Positions 29,779 to 38,798 of a stretch of DNA of 64,000 bases are shown in pieces. Below the pieces are notes generated by a model that made no database searches, had not been told where the DNA came from, and saw only the letters and a program-made list of their open reading frames with translations. The translations under genes and the position numbers were made by a program. Source of the DNA: an uncultured Actinomycetota bacterium (GTDB lineage: Bacteria; Actinomycetota; Actinomycetes; JAFAQI01); assembly GCA_963770565.1 (NCBI GenBank), contig CAVYQE010000002.1, positions 640,001-704,000 on the forward strand, in the 5' to 3' direction. The stretch's first letter is position 1; each line of letters starts with the position of its first letter.

Positions 29779-31155
29779 TCACGTCGCGACCAACTGGCAC
29801 CACGCCGTGTAGCCACCGAGCAGATCCGAGACGTCACGGGCACCGGCGCGCGCAAGGACGCTCGACGCCACGATCGAGCGCCAACCAGTCGCGCAGTACA
29901 CGAGGATAGGTTTGTCGAGGTCGAGTTCCGCGACCCGGCTCGGCAACTCGGCCAGCGGGATCGCGACGGCGCCGGAGAGCATGCCAGCGGCACGCTCGGT
30001 GGGGTTGCGCAGGTCGACAAGTTGAAGCTCGTCGACATTGTCGATGGCGTTCAGCGCCTCGGCGACGGTCAACCGGCTCGAACGCGCAGTCTGTGCCGGG
30101 TCGGCACCCAGGAGACCGATCGGGTCGGCGACGTAGCCAATGACGTTGTCGTATCCGATCCGGGCGAGCCGCATCGCGTCACGTTGCTCCGCGCCGGTGG
30201 GACTGAGCAAGATCACCCTCGTTTCGGGTGGGAGCACGGACCCCACCGTCTCCGCGAGCCTGCCCTCGCCGCTCACGTTGACGGATCCGCTGAGATGCCC
30301 GGCGGCGTACTCCCCCGGCTCGCGGGTATCGAGCACGACGGCACCGGTCACCCGTTCTGCCTCGACGGTGGCCAGGTCCAGCGCCGGAACGGTCCGTGCG
30401 CCGTCTAGGCGTTCGTGATCCTGCCGGTTGAGCAGGGCGTTGAAGCCGAAATAGCCGGGTGCCGCCGGTTGGTCGGCGGTGACGATCGCGACGAACTGGT
30501 CCTCGGCCATCGGCCGGCATGCGTAGTTGAGAACTCGCTGCTCACCGATGGTCGACTGGCGCTCGGTCGAGAGGTTCTTGCCGCAGGCTGAGCCCGCACC
30601 GTGGGCAGGGAAAACGCGCACGGAATCGGGCAGACCCATGAGCTTGACCTGCACCGACTGGTACAGCCGGCGGGCGAGCTCGTCGGCGGTCACTCCCACC
30701 GAGGCCAGCAAGTCGGGTCTTCCGACATCGCCGATGAACAGCGCGTCGCCGGTGAGGACGCCCCACGGCACCTCGTCAACAGCATGTTCGTAGACCAGCA
30801 CGCTGATTGATTCCGGGGTGTGGCCTGGAGTCGCCATGATCTCGAGCGTCACGTCGCCGAGGTCGATCCGCTCACCATCGCGAAGGGCGCGGAACGCGAA
30901 GTCCGGCGCCGCCTCCTGACCGAAGCCGATCCAGGCACCCGTCGCAGCGGCGAGCTCCAAGTGCCCCGCGACGAAGTCGGCGTGGAAATGGGTGTCGATC
31001 ACCCCGACGATGGTCAGCCCCGCGCTGGCCGCCTCGGCGAGGTAGTCCTCGACGTCCCGACGCGGGTCGACGACGACGGCGTGACGAGACGCCTCGTCAG
31101 CGATGAGGTACGACGCCTGCGACAGGCACTCGATGTAGTGCTGCGTAAAGATCAC
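29779..31155 (-). CDS. CstB-like persulfide dioxygenase (MBL fold) fused to rhodanese domains
   Basis: THFHADF, TPGHTPE, GDVGRPDL, PAHGAGSACGK and C-terminal YCATGWRS; GGAGG RBS before GTG 31155. Confidence 0.9.
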   Translation of the reverse strand: MIFTQHYIECLSQASYLIADEASRHAVVVDPRRDVEDYLAEAASAGLTIVGVIDTHFHADFVAGHLELAAATGAWIGFGQEAAPDFAFRALRDGERIDLGDVTLEIMATPGHTPESISVLVYEHAVDEVPWGVLTGDALFIGDVGRPDLLASVGVTADELARRLYQSVQVKLMGLPDSVRVFPAHGAGSACGKNLSTERQSTIGEQRVLNYACRPMAEDQFVAIVTADQPAAPGYFGFNALLNRQDHERLDGARTVPALDLATVEAERVTGAVVLDTREPGEYAAGHLSGSVNVSGEGRLAETVGSVLPPETRVILLSPTGAEQRDAMRLARIGYDNVIGYVADPIGLLGADPAQTARSSRLTVAEALNAIDNVDELQLVDLRNPTERAAGMLSGAVAIPLAELPSRVAELDLDKPILVYCATGWRSIVASSVLARAGARDVSDLLGGYTAWCQLVAT

Positions 31156-31174
31156 TTCTGCCTCCGCTGCTACC

Positions 31175-31190
31175 ATACCCCGTGAGGTAT
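31175..31190. promoter_or_regulatory. CsoR/CstR-type operator
   Basis: ATACCCCGTGAGGTAT between divergent genes. Confidence 0.7.
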
Positions 31191-31216
31191 ATGTTGTCGA
31201 CTCGAAGGAGCTTCTT

Positions 31217-31390
31217 GTGTGCATGCCCACTACGTGCCGTGATTGCGGCAAGACGACCTGGCGCGGCTGTGGCCAGCACGTCGACGCCGTCATGGCCGGT
31301 GTGCAAACGTCCCAACGCTGCACTTGCCCCCGGTCGACCCGCTCATCGCGGTCAGTGCTGACCCGACTGATCGGTCGGACCTCCGCGTAG
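31217..31390 (+). CDS. 57-aa Cys-rich protein (missed by the ORF track)
   Basis: GAAGGAG RBS + GTG; MCMPTTCRDCGKTTWRGCGQHVDAVMAGVQTSQRCTCPRSTRSSRSVLTRLIGRTSA*. Confidence 0.8.
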   Translation: MCMPTTCRDCGKTTWRGCGQHVDAVMAGVQTSQRCTCPRSTRSSRSVLTRLIGRTSA

Positions 31391-31416
31391 GCGATGGCGG
31401 GCCTCGACGGAGTGTG

Positions 31417-32583
31417 CTACTCGAGCTTGAGCAACGCCATCAGCCGTTCGGCAACCTGACCGCCCGCGTCGATCGCGACGTCAACCGCATCGCTCACCCG
31501 CAGGTCGTCACGCAGCAACGAGCGGACCTCCGCCATTGTCGTGTCAGCGGCCGCGTTGGGGCGGCCGGCGGCGGACCGCAGCGCCTCGAGACGATCTGCG
31601 GCGCGCACCAGGCACGACCGGTCGTACTGCCAACTCTCAGACCACGGGCGGTCAAGCAACATGGTGCGAATGACGCCAGCCGAGTGATCCGCGAGCAGGT
31701 CGCGCACTAGCACAAGGTTTCCCACGGACTTCGCCATCTTCACGCCGTCGACATTTACCACTCCGACGCGAAACCATCGGCGCGCGTAGGGTCGCACTCC
31801 GGTCAACGCCTCACCGATCGCCGCCTCGAATGCGTGATGGGGGTAGCGCAGGTCGGCACCGCCGGCGTGGATGTCGACGCCCAGCCCGAACGTGCTGAGC
31901 ACCATCGCAGTGCACCCGGCGTGCCAGCCTGGACGGCCCGGACCCCATGGGCTGTCCCATCGCTGGTCGGCCCCGGTCGAGGCCTGCCACAAAGCAGCGT
32001 CCAGCGGCTGCCGCTTCGCCGGGTCGGCCAGGTTGCCGCCGTACTCCGCGGCGAGCGCGAGCGCATCGGCCTCGGATAGACCTTCGGACTCGGCGATTCC
32101 CGTACCGGGCAGGTAGACGCTGCCCTCGCTGACGTAGGCGGCTCCACTCTCAACGAGGGCCGCCGCGAGCGCCACCACCTGGCTGATGTGGTGACGAGCG
32201 CGAGGCTCGTGATGCGGCCGGGAGACCCGCAGCGCTGCCATGTCAGCATCGAAGTGGTACTGCTGCAGGTAGGCGAAGGTGTCGTTCGGGGTGCCCGCAC
32301 GGTCGGCCGCAGCGCTGAGCACGTCGTCGATGTCGGTGACGTTCCGGCAGACGATCGGGGTGGTGCGACTGTCGGCGAGCACGGCCGTGAGGACGTCGAC
32401 CCAGACGTACGTCGCGGCGTGACCCAGATGCGTGACGTCGTAGGGGGTGATCCCGCAGACGTAGAGGCGCGCCCGGTCGATCATGGGCAGCGGCGATCCG
32501 GCGATCGACATCGGTTCTGGCGGGGCGGCGGTCGGGTAGACGATCTGCACGCCCCCATGATCCTCCGCGCCGCGGCGGCTCAT
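31417..32583 (-). CDS. MshC-like / CysRS catalytic-domain-only cysteine ligase
   Basis: YVCGITPYDVTHLGH, GRPGWHAGC, DLRYPHH and KMAKS; 388 aa with no anticodon-binding domain; ATGA overlap with NUDIX. Confidence 0.85.
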   Translation of the reverse strand: MSRRGAEDHGGVQIVYPTAAPPEPMSIAGSPLPMIDRARLYVCGITPYDVTHLGHAATYVWVDVLTAVLADSRTTPIVCRNVTDIDDVLSAAADRAGTPNDTFAYLQQYHFDADMAALRVSRPHHEPRARHHISQVVALAAALVESGAAYVSEGSVYLPGTGIAESEGLSEADALALAAEYGGNLADPAKRQPLDAALWQASTGADQRWDSPWGPGRPGWHAGCTAMVLSTFGLGVDIHAGGADLRYPHHAFEAAIGEALTGVRPYARRWFRVGVVNVDGVKMAKSVGNLVLVRDLLADHSAGVIRTMLLDRPWSESWQYDRSCLVRAADRLEALRSAAGRPNAAADTTMAEVRSLLRDDLRVSDAVDVAIDAGGQVAERLMALLKLE

Positions 32584-33047
32584 CGACCGGTCGACGTACT
32601 TGGTACGGCAGTGAGGAGGAACTCGCGCTGCTCATCGTGCATCAGTGGCGGGAGCTCGCGGAACCAGCCGTAGGCCCGGGCCGCGTCATCCAGCTCGATC
32701 GTCCCGGTCCATTCGGTGACCTTGAAAGCGATGCCCACCGGGCTGTCCAGGTTGTTGTTGTAGTGGCTGGGGTACTCGATGTACCCGAGGAGCTCGGCGC
32801 GATCCACCGATATCCCGAGTTCCCCCCTCGCGACCCGGGCGACCGCGTCGGTCAGCGGCTCTCCGAATCGGACCGTGCCGCCCGGCAGGTGCCACAAGCC
32901 TCGGCAGGGCTCGGCATCGCGTCTGGTGAGGAGAACCCCGCGCTCGGAGACCAGCACGACTTCCACAGTCAGCCGGGGAACCTTGCGGTAAATCGTCCAG
33001 AACTCCCGCTCGGACAGCGGGTGGTCCACGTCCATCTCATCAGTCAA
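32580..33047 (-). CDS. NUDIX hydrolase, GDP-mannose mannosyl hydrolase-like
   Basis: LSEREF...VPRLTVEVV...RRDAEPCRGLWHLPGGTVRFGEPL...RVARGELG (modified Nudix box). Confidence 0.8.
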   Translation of the reverse strand: MTDEMDVDHPLSEREFWTIYRKVPRLTVEVVLVSERGVLLTRRDAEPCRGLWHLPGGTVRFGEPLTDAVARVARGELGISVDRAELLGYIEYPSHYNNNLDSPVGIAFKVTEWTGTIELDDAARAYGWFRELPPLMHDEQREFLLTAVPSTSTGR

Positions 33048-33086
33048 CGCTCGTTCGCCCCTCGCGTAATAGGGTCTTAGGTCTCT

Positions 33087-33102
33087 ATACCCACAGGGGT
33101 AT
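33087..33102. promoter_or_regulatory. CsoR/CstR-type operator
   Basis: ATACCCACAGGGGTAT between the divergent NUDIX-mshC-like and sqr units. Confidence 0.78.
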
Positions 33103-33175
33103 CCCTGGTAGACCGGGGGCATCGTGAGGAAAGCCTGCCCGTTGGACGGTTGGCTCGTCCGCCAAGGAGCACCTG

Positions 33176-34636
33176 ATGGCTCGTGTCGTTGTCCTCGGCG
33201 CTGGGATCTCCGGCCACACCGCCGCACTCCACCTTCGCCGGCTCCTCGCTCGGCGCCACGAGGTCGTCGTCGTCTCACCGAATGCCGACTACAACTGGAT
33301 CCCTTCAAACATCTGGGTCGGCGTCGGACGGATGGATGTTGACCAGGTCACCTTCCCGCTTGCGCCCGTGTACCGGAGAAAAGGTATCGACTTTCGGCAA
33401 GCCCGGGCGGTCGAGCTCTGGCCAGAAGGCGACGACTCGAACGCCCAAGGTGCGGTCGAGATCGAGTACACCCTTCCCCATCGGTCCGGCGAGCATGAAC
33501 GACTCGCCTACGACTTCCTGATCAACGCGACCGGCCCCAAGCTGAACTTTGCGGCGACGCCGGGCCTCGGCCCGGAAGGAGGACACTCCCTGTCCGTTTG
33601 TACGGCACAGCATGCATCGGCCACCGCGGCCAAGTTCGCCGAGGTCATCGCGGCGCTTGAACGCGGCGAGACCCGGCGCCTCGTGATCGGGGTAGGCCAC
33701 GGCACGTGCACGTGCGAGGGCGCCGCTTTCGAGTACGCCTTCAACGTCGAGCACGAGCTACGGTCCCGCGGCCTCCGCGAGCGCGCCGAGGTGACCTACC
33801 TCACCAACGAGCACGAACTCGGTGACTTCGGCGTCGGCGGCATGACGTTCGCGCAGCACGGCTTTCTCACGACCAGTCAACTGTGGACGGAGTCGCTGTT
33901 CATGGAGCGCGACGTCAAGGCGGTCGTCGGCGCACATGTGCAGCGGGTCGAGCCGGGCAAGTTGTTCTACGAAACCCTCGACGGCGAGGAGGGCGCGCTG
34001 GAGTTCGACTTCGCGATGCTGCTGCCGCCCTTCCGCGGCCAGGATCTCAAGGCGTACGACCACAGGGGCGCCGACATCACGAGCGAGATGTTTGCCCCGA
34101 ACGGTTTCCTGAAAGTCGACGCTGACTACAGCCCAAAGCCGTACAACGAGTGGAAGGCGGCAGACTGGCCGAGGACGTACGTGACTCCGAAGTACCCGAA
34201 CGTGTTCGGTGTGGGGATCGCATTTGCCCCACCGCACCCGATTTCGAAGCCACGAACCTCACCCGGCGGCACCGTGATCTCGCCGGCTCCGCCCCGCACC
34301 GGAATGCCGTCAGGGCTGATGGGACGTCAGGTGGCACGCAGCATCGCGGACATGATCAACACCGGCGCGACGACGCCCACCCACACTGCGTCGATGGCGG
34401 ACATGGGTGCGGCCTGTGTGGCATCGGCCGGCGCTGGCTTTCGCAAGGGCACGGCGGCCTCCATGACGATGTACCCAGTCGTCCCGGACACCGACCGGTT
34501 CCCCGGCTACGGCCGCAGCCTCACCGATACGACCGGCGAGCTCGGACTAGCCGGGCACTGGATCAAGCACATGCTGCACGTGATGTTCATCTACAAGGCC
34601 AAGGGCCGTCCAGGCTGGTCCCTGATCCCGGAGTGA
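33176..34636 (+). CDS. sqr: Sulfide:quinone oxidoreductase-like flavoprotein
   Basis: VVVLGAGISG FAD motif; WIPSNIW; SVC; TCEGAAFEY; PPRTG; ACVAS; genomic context. Confidence 0.85.
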   Translation: MARVVVLGAGISGHTAALHLRRLLARRHEVVVVSPNADYNWIPSNIWVGVGRMDVDQVTFPLAPVYRRKGIDFRQARAVELWPEGDDSNAQGAVEIEYTLPHRSGEHERLAYDFLINATGPKLNFAATPGLGPEGGHSLSVCTAQHASATAAKFAEVIAALERGETRRLVIGVGHGTCTCEGAAFEYAFNVEHELRSRGLRERAEVTYLTNEHELGDFGVGGMTFAQHGFLTTSQLWTESLFMERDVKAVVGAHVQRVEPGKLFYETLDGEEGALEFDFAMLLPPFRGQDLKAYDHRGADITSEMFAPNGFLKVDADYSPKPYNEWKAADWPRTYVTPKYPNVFGVGIAFAPPHPISKPRTSPGGTVISPAPPRTGMPSGLMGRQVARSIADMINTGATTPTHTASMADMGAACVASAGAGFRKGTAASMTMYPVVPDTDRFPGYGRSLTDTTGELGLAGHWIKHMLHVMFIYKAKGRPGWSLIPE

Positions 34637-34644
34637 GGAGCCCG

Positions 34645-34863
34645 ATGACCGAGAACAATGCCGCGGCCTCGTCCGCGCAGCCCACAGCGGGCGGGTCCGC
34701 GACGGATCACGTGCGCGCGGTCGGCGAGGTCGCTGACTCCCTGGCGCCGATGCCGACCAGACGGACGATTCGGATCCGAACGTTCCTGCCCTATCAGGCG
34801 TACCGCTTCGGTGTCATCAACCTCAAGATGCTCAAGGTGACCCGTCGCTCCCAGTCAAGGTGA
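34645..34863 (+). CDS. Small basic hypothetical protein co-transcribed with sqr
   Basis: GAGGAG RBS; 72 aa, ...PMPTRRTIRIRTFLPYQAYRFGVINLKMLKV... Confidence 0.65.
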   Translation: MTENNAAASSAQPTAGGSATDHVRAVGEVADSLAPMPTRRTIRIRTFLPYQAYRFGVINLKMLKVTRRSQSR

Positions 34864-34888
34864 GCCTGGCGACCCCGGGTCTCGACCT

Positions 34889-34935
34889 AATGTTCGGACA
34901 TTTCCTTGACCCGAGCGAGTAAATGTCCGTACATT
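34889..34935 (+). promoter_or_regulatory. Promoter with two GntR-type palindromes
   Basis: AATGTTCGGACATT (34889-34902) and AATGTCCGTACATT (34922-34935); TTGACC -35 and TACATT -10. Confidence 0.65.
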
Positions 34936-34941
34936 GAGTGA

Positions 34942-35775
34942 ATGAGGCAGGAGTCACACCCACCGGGCCTGGCCCGAATCGACCGAACCGGGTCGGTGTC
35001 GCTGTGGGCGCAGGTCCGCGCTGATCTGGAGCGACGGCTCGCGGTCGATGAGTTCGACGGTGACTTCCCCGGCGAACTGGAGCTGACCGCGCAATACGCG
35101 GTCAGCCGGCACACCATTCGGGAGGCGTTGCGTCACCTGCGCGCGGAAGGCCTCGTCATCAGTGAGCGCGGACGCCGCTCTCGCCTCGCCGACCACGCTG
35201 AAATCGAGCAACCGCTCGGCGCGCTCTACAGCCTGTTCGCCTCGGTCGAGGCCGCCGGTCTGGAGCAGCGCAGCGTCGTCCGCGCCCTTGATCTCCGCGC
35301 CGACGGAGTCATCGCGCCGCGACTCGACGTCGAGGAGTCCACCCCACTGCTCTATCTGGAACGGCTCCGTCTGGCCGGCGAGAAGCCGTTCGCGATGGAC
35401 CGCGTCTGGCTCCCCGCGTCAGTCGCCGAACCGCTGCTCGACGCGGACTTCACCCACACTGCCCTGTACGACGAACTCGCCGCGCGCTGCGGATTCCGCC
35501 TGACCGGCGGCCGGGAACACATCCGCGCGGTCCTTCCGACCACGGCCGAACGCAGACTGCTCGAACTCGACGACACCACCGCACTGTTCGCGATCGAACG
35601 CCTTGGTGAACGGGCCGGCCAGCCAATGGAGTGGCGCCACACCCTGGTCCGTGGCGACCGATTCGCCCTCACTGCCGACTTCACCGCCCACACCGGCTAC
35701 CGGCTCGAGCTGTCCGGCCCCGAACGACAGGCTTCCAACCTCGCGACCGCATCGCAAGGACACGCCCATGGCTGA
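34942..35775 (+). CDS. GntR family regulator (HutC/UTRA type)
   Basis: PGELEL..QYAVSRHTIREAL..L..EGL HTH; UTRA-like C-terminus. Confidence 0.9.
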   Translation: MRQESHPPGLARIDRTGSVSLWAQVRADLERRLAVDEFDGDFPGELELTAQYAVSRHTIREALRHLRAEGLVISERGRRSRLADHAEIEQPLGALYSLFASVEAAGLEQRSVVRALDLRADGVIAPRLDVEESTPLLYLERLRLAGEKPFAMDRVWLPASVAEPLLDADFTHTALYDELAARCGFRLTGGREHIRAVLPTTAERRLLELDDTTALFAIERLGERAGQPMEWRHTLVRGDRFALTADFTAHTGYRLELSGPERQASNLATASQGHAHG

Positions 35776-36121
35776 CCCCTTCGATCCGCAGACTCGGGTC
35801 GACGAAGTCAGCCCGGCCGCAGCGCGGGACCTCGCCGATGCCGGTGCCGTGCTCGTCGATGTCCGTGAGCCGGACGAATGGGCCGCGGGCCACATCGCCG
35901 ACGCACAGCACATCCCGCTCGGCGACCTCGACCCTGACCTGTTCGTCGGCGGCCCGCTCGTAGTCGCTGTGTGCCGCTCGGGGCACCGCTCCGGCACCGC
36001 GGCGCTGCGATTGCACGACGCGGGAGTCGACGTCCGCAACATGACGGGCGGAATGAAGGCCTGGCAGGCCGACGGCCTGCCCGTCACCCGCGACGACGGC
36101 ACCACCGGCTCAGTCGCGTGA
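35768..36121 (+). CDS. Single-domain rhodanese (sulfurtransferase)
   Basis: DVREPDEW..GHI, VCRSGHRS, GGMKAW. Confidence 0.9.
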   Translation: MADPFDPQTRVDEVSPAAARDLADAGAVLVDVREPDEWAAGHIADAQHIPLGDLDPDLFVGGPLVVAVCRSGHRSGTAALRLHDAGVDVRNMTGGMKAWQADGLPVTRDDGTTGSVA

Positions 36122-37041
36122 CGCTCGCCTTGGCACTTCTCCTCGGTGCCGTCATCGGGCTCAGCCTGGGGGCCCTTGGTGGTGGCGGTTCGATCCTCAC
36201 CGTCCCGGCGCTCGTGTATGCGCTCGGCGAGAAGGCGTCGGCAGCCACGACCGGCAGCCTGATCATTGTCGGGATCACCGCGCTCGTTGGTTCCTTCGGC
36301 CACGCACGAGCGGGCCGGGTGCGCTGGCGCGCCGGGTTCGGTTTCGGTCTCGCCGGGGTCGCCTCGAGCTCCCTCGGGACAGCGCTCAACCGTCATATCA
36401 ACCCGGATGTGCTGCTGCTCGCCTTCGCCGGCCTGGTGGTGATCGCAGCGTCAGGTATGTGGCGTCATGCCGGGGCTGCCATCGCGGTATCTGGTGATCA
36501 GCTCGAGCTTCGCGTCGCCGAGCCTGCTTTGGCGGTGGACGGCTCAAACGCTTCGAGGAGCGCAGCGGTCGAACTACCCGGCGACCGAGGCATCCGTCCC
36601 ACACCGGCCAGCCAGCCGGAGGGATCGATCGACTTCCCCGGTGGCTCAACCACCCACGATTCCCTGAGAACCGTCCTCAAGGTGGTCGCCGCCGGTCTTA
36701 TCGTCGGCTTTCTCACCGGGTTCTTCGGTGTTGGCGGCGGCTTCGTCATCGTGCCCGCCCTGGCCCTCGTACTCGCCTACCCGATGCCTGAGGCGATCGG
36801 AACGTCCCTGCTGATCATCGCCATCAACTCAGCAGCCGCCCTCGGCGAACGAGCCGGCCAACATCAGACAGTTCATTGGCACGTGATCGCGCCGTTTACG
36901 GTCGCGGCTGTTGCCGCCAGCCTCGCCGGCAAGCAGGTCGCCGACCGAGTCGACGGACCAAGGCTGACGCGCGCCTTCGTCATTCTTCTGATCGCGGTCG
37001 CGATCTACACCGCGGTCCGCAGCATCGTCGGCCTCAGCTGA
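36118..37041 (+). CDS. TauE/SafE family sulfite exporter
   Basis: LGGGGSILTVP and FGVGGGFVIVP repeats; multiple TM helices; GTGA overlap. Confidence 0.9.
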   Translation: MTLALALLLGAVIGLSLGALGGGGSILTVPALVYALGEKASAATTGSLIIVGITALVGSFGHARAGRVRWRAGFGFGLAGVASSSLGTALNRHINPDVLLLAFAGLVVIAASGMWRHAGAAIAVSGDQLELRVAEPALAVDGSNASRSAAVELPGDRGIRPTPASQPEGSIDFPGGSTTHDSLRTVLKVVAAGLIVGFLTGFFGVGGGFVIVPALALVLAYPMPEAIGTSLLIIAINSAAALGERAGQHQTVHWHVIAPFTVAAVAASLAGKQVADRVDGPRLTRAFVILLIAVAIYTAVRSIVGLS

Positions 37042-37166
37042 GCAGACGGGAGACACCTGCTGTCACACGACACGACGGGCAAGGGTGGAGACTTCAACTG
37101 GGCACTAGCGGGGACTTCCAACTGGCCATAGTTGGGAATAGACGCCGGGCGAGTGCCGTTGAATCC

Positions 37167-37184
37167 TATACCCCTAGGGGTATA
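37167..37184. promoter_or_regulatory. CsoR/CstR-type operator (perfect palindrome)
   Basis: TATACCCCTAGGGGTATA immediately before the RBS of the DUF2892 gene. Confidence 0.82.
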
Positions 37185-37200
37185 CTGGAGGAGAAACGCC

Positions 37201-37410
37201 ATGGAACTCGTACGCTTTATGCAGACTTCGATAGGAAGAAGCCTTCGGGCCGTGCTCGGGGTGGTCCTGATCGCCGTCGGTGTCGTCCTTGGTGGTGCCT
37301 GGCTAGCGCTGGCTGGTATCGGTCTCGTTCCCCTTATCGTCGGATCGGCGGGTCTTTGCCTCATCGCCCCTCTACTCCACGCTCCGATCCGTGGAGCTCA
37401 GAGATCATGA
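37201..37410 (+). CDS. DUF2892 (YgaP-like) membrane protein
   Basis: GGAGGAG RBS; GRSLR..LG...GLVPL...GLCL. Confidence 0.8.
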   Translation: MELVRFMQTSIGRSLRAVLGVVLIAVGVVLGGAWLALAGIGLVPLIVGSAGLCLIAPLLHAPIRGAQRS

Positions 37411-37465
37411 GTGAGGCGCGCTCCGATTTCGGCAACTCACACATGACAGTTGACGGGACACGAGC

Positions 37466-38071
37466 GTGACCACGCTGGACCGGCAAGGGTGGGATGAGCG
37501 GTACCGGGACACCGAGCTGGTGTGGGGCTCTGGCCCCAACCGATTTCTCGTGGACCATGTGACGAACCTGACGCCAGGGACTGCGCTGGACGTGGCGTGC
37601 GGTGAGGGTCGCAACGCCATCTGGCTTGCGCATCAGGGATGGCGGGTGGTCGGGGTCGACTTCTCGTCCGTTGGTCTTGACAAGGCGCGAGGGCTGGCAG
37701 CGGAGACTGGTGTCACGGCGGAGTGGGTGCAGGGTGACCTCACCACATGGGAGCCACCGAAAAGCTATGACCTCGTCGTTGTCATGTACCTGCATTTGCC
37801 AGGCGCTGTGCGTCACAGTGTCTTTGCGCGGATGGCAAAGTCGGTGGCACCGGGCGGGACCATGCTCGTGGTAGGTCATGACATGTTGAACCTCACCGAG
37901 GGAACCGGCGGTCCACAGAATGCTGCCGTTCTCTACGGGCCTGAGGACGTTGTCGGCGATATCGGCTCGGTACTTGCGATCGAGAGAGCGGAGCGTGTTC
38001 ACCGGCCGGTCTCCGGTTCGGAGGGCGAGGCGATGGCCATCGACGTCCTGGTTCGCGCTCACCGATCCTGA
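37466..38071 (+). CDS. Class I SAM-dependent methyltransferase
   Basis: WDERY...PNRFL...ALDVACGEGRNAIWLA. Confidence 0.88.
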   Translation: MTTLDRQGWDERYRDTELVWGSGPNRFLVDHVTNLTPGTALDVACGEGRNAIWLAHQGWRVVGVDFSSVGLDKARGLAAETGVTAEWVQGDLTTWEPPKSYDLVVVMYLHLPGAVRHSVFARMAKSVAPGGTMLVVGHDMLNLTEGTGGPQNAAVLYGPEDVVGDIGSVLAIERAERVHRPVSGSEGEAMAIDVLVRAHRS

Positions 38072-38084
38072 ACCTTTACAGGCC

Positions 38085-38798
38085 TTAGGCGGTGGCAGAT
38101 GGCGCACGGAGCCACCGCAACCATTCGGTGTCGCCCATTAGGTCCAGCCGGCGCCAGAGCACGGGGTTATCCGTAGCCTGGCTTGCGTGGAGGGCGATGG
38201 CGCGATGCTGAATAGAACGGTCGACATGAAGCACGATGTCGACCTCGTCCTCGCTGCAGCCGGCAAAGCAGGTGCCGAAGGCGGCGTTGAGGGAATCGGC
38301 CACCGAGTCCGGGATCGACCAAGCAATCACAGGCAGATCAAGTAACTCGGCCGCACGCAAGGCTGCTTCTGTCGCCCGTTGATGGTCGCGGTGTCCCGTG
38401 ATCCCACCGAGATCGAAGACAAGTAGCCCATGAGCACCAACCGCGTTGACATATCCAACGACATCGTCGACCAGGATGTCGAGTTCGATGGAGTCGAGAC
38501 TTCCATCAGCGTGGTCCAGCAGCCGCACATCGCTGACCGTGAGTGCATCGGCGGCGGCGGCAAGCTCGGCGACCCGGACGACACGAAGGTCACCTGACGT
38601 CCCGTGCAGGGCTGACGCCTCGCCGTGAGTGAAACTGAGCACGGCGGTCGATGTGCCGGCGGCCGTCAAACTAGCGATGACAGCGCCCAAGCCGAAGGAC
38701 TCGTCGTCGGGGTGGGCGCACACAGCAACTACGGACGGCAGCCCCACAGCATCCAGCGTCATATCGCAATCTGACGCGCTGGGACGCCGCGCGGTCAT
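38085..38798 (-). CDS. PIG-L family deacetylase/amidase (MshB/Mca/BshB-like)
   Basis: AHPDDES, THGEA, GGITGHRDH and HASQ; ATGA overlap with thioredoxin. Confidence 0.88.
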   Translation of the reverse strand: MTARRPSASDCDMTLDAVGLPSVVAVCAHPDDESFGLGAVIASLTAAGTSTAVLSFTHGEASALHGTSGDLRVVRVAELAAAADALTVSDVRLLDHADGSLDSIELDILVDDVVGYVNAVGAHGLLVFDLGGITGHRDHQRATEAALRAAELLDLPVIAWSIPDSVADSLNAAFGTCFAGCSEDEVDIVLHVDRSIQHRAIALHASQATDNPVLWRRLDLMGDTEWLRWLRAPSATA

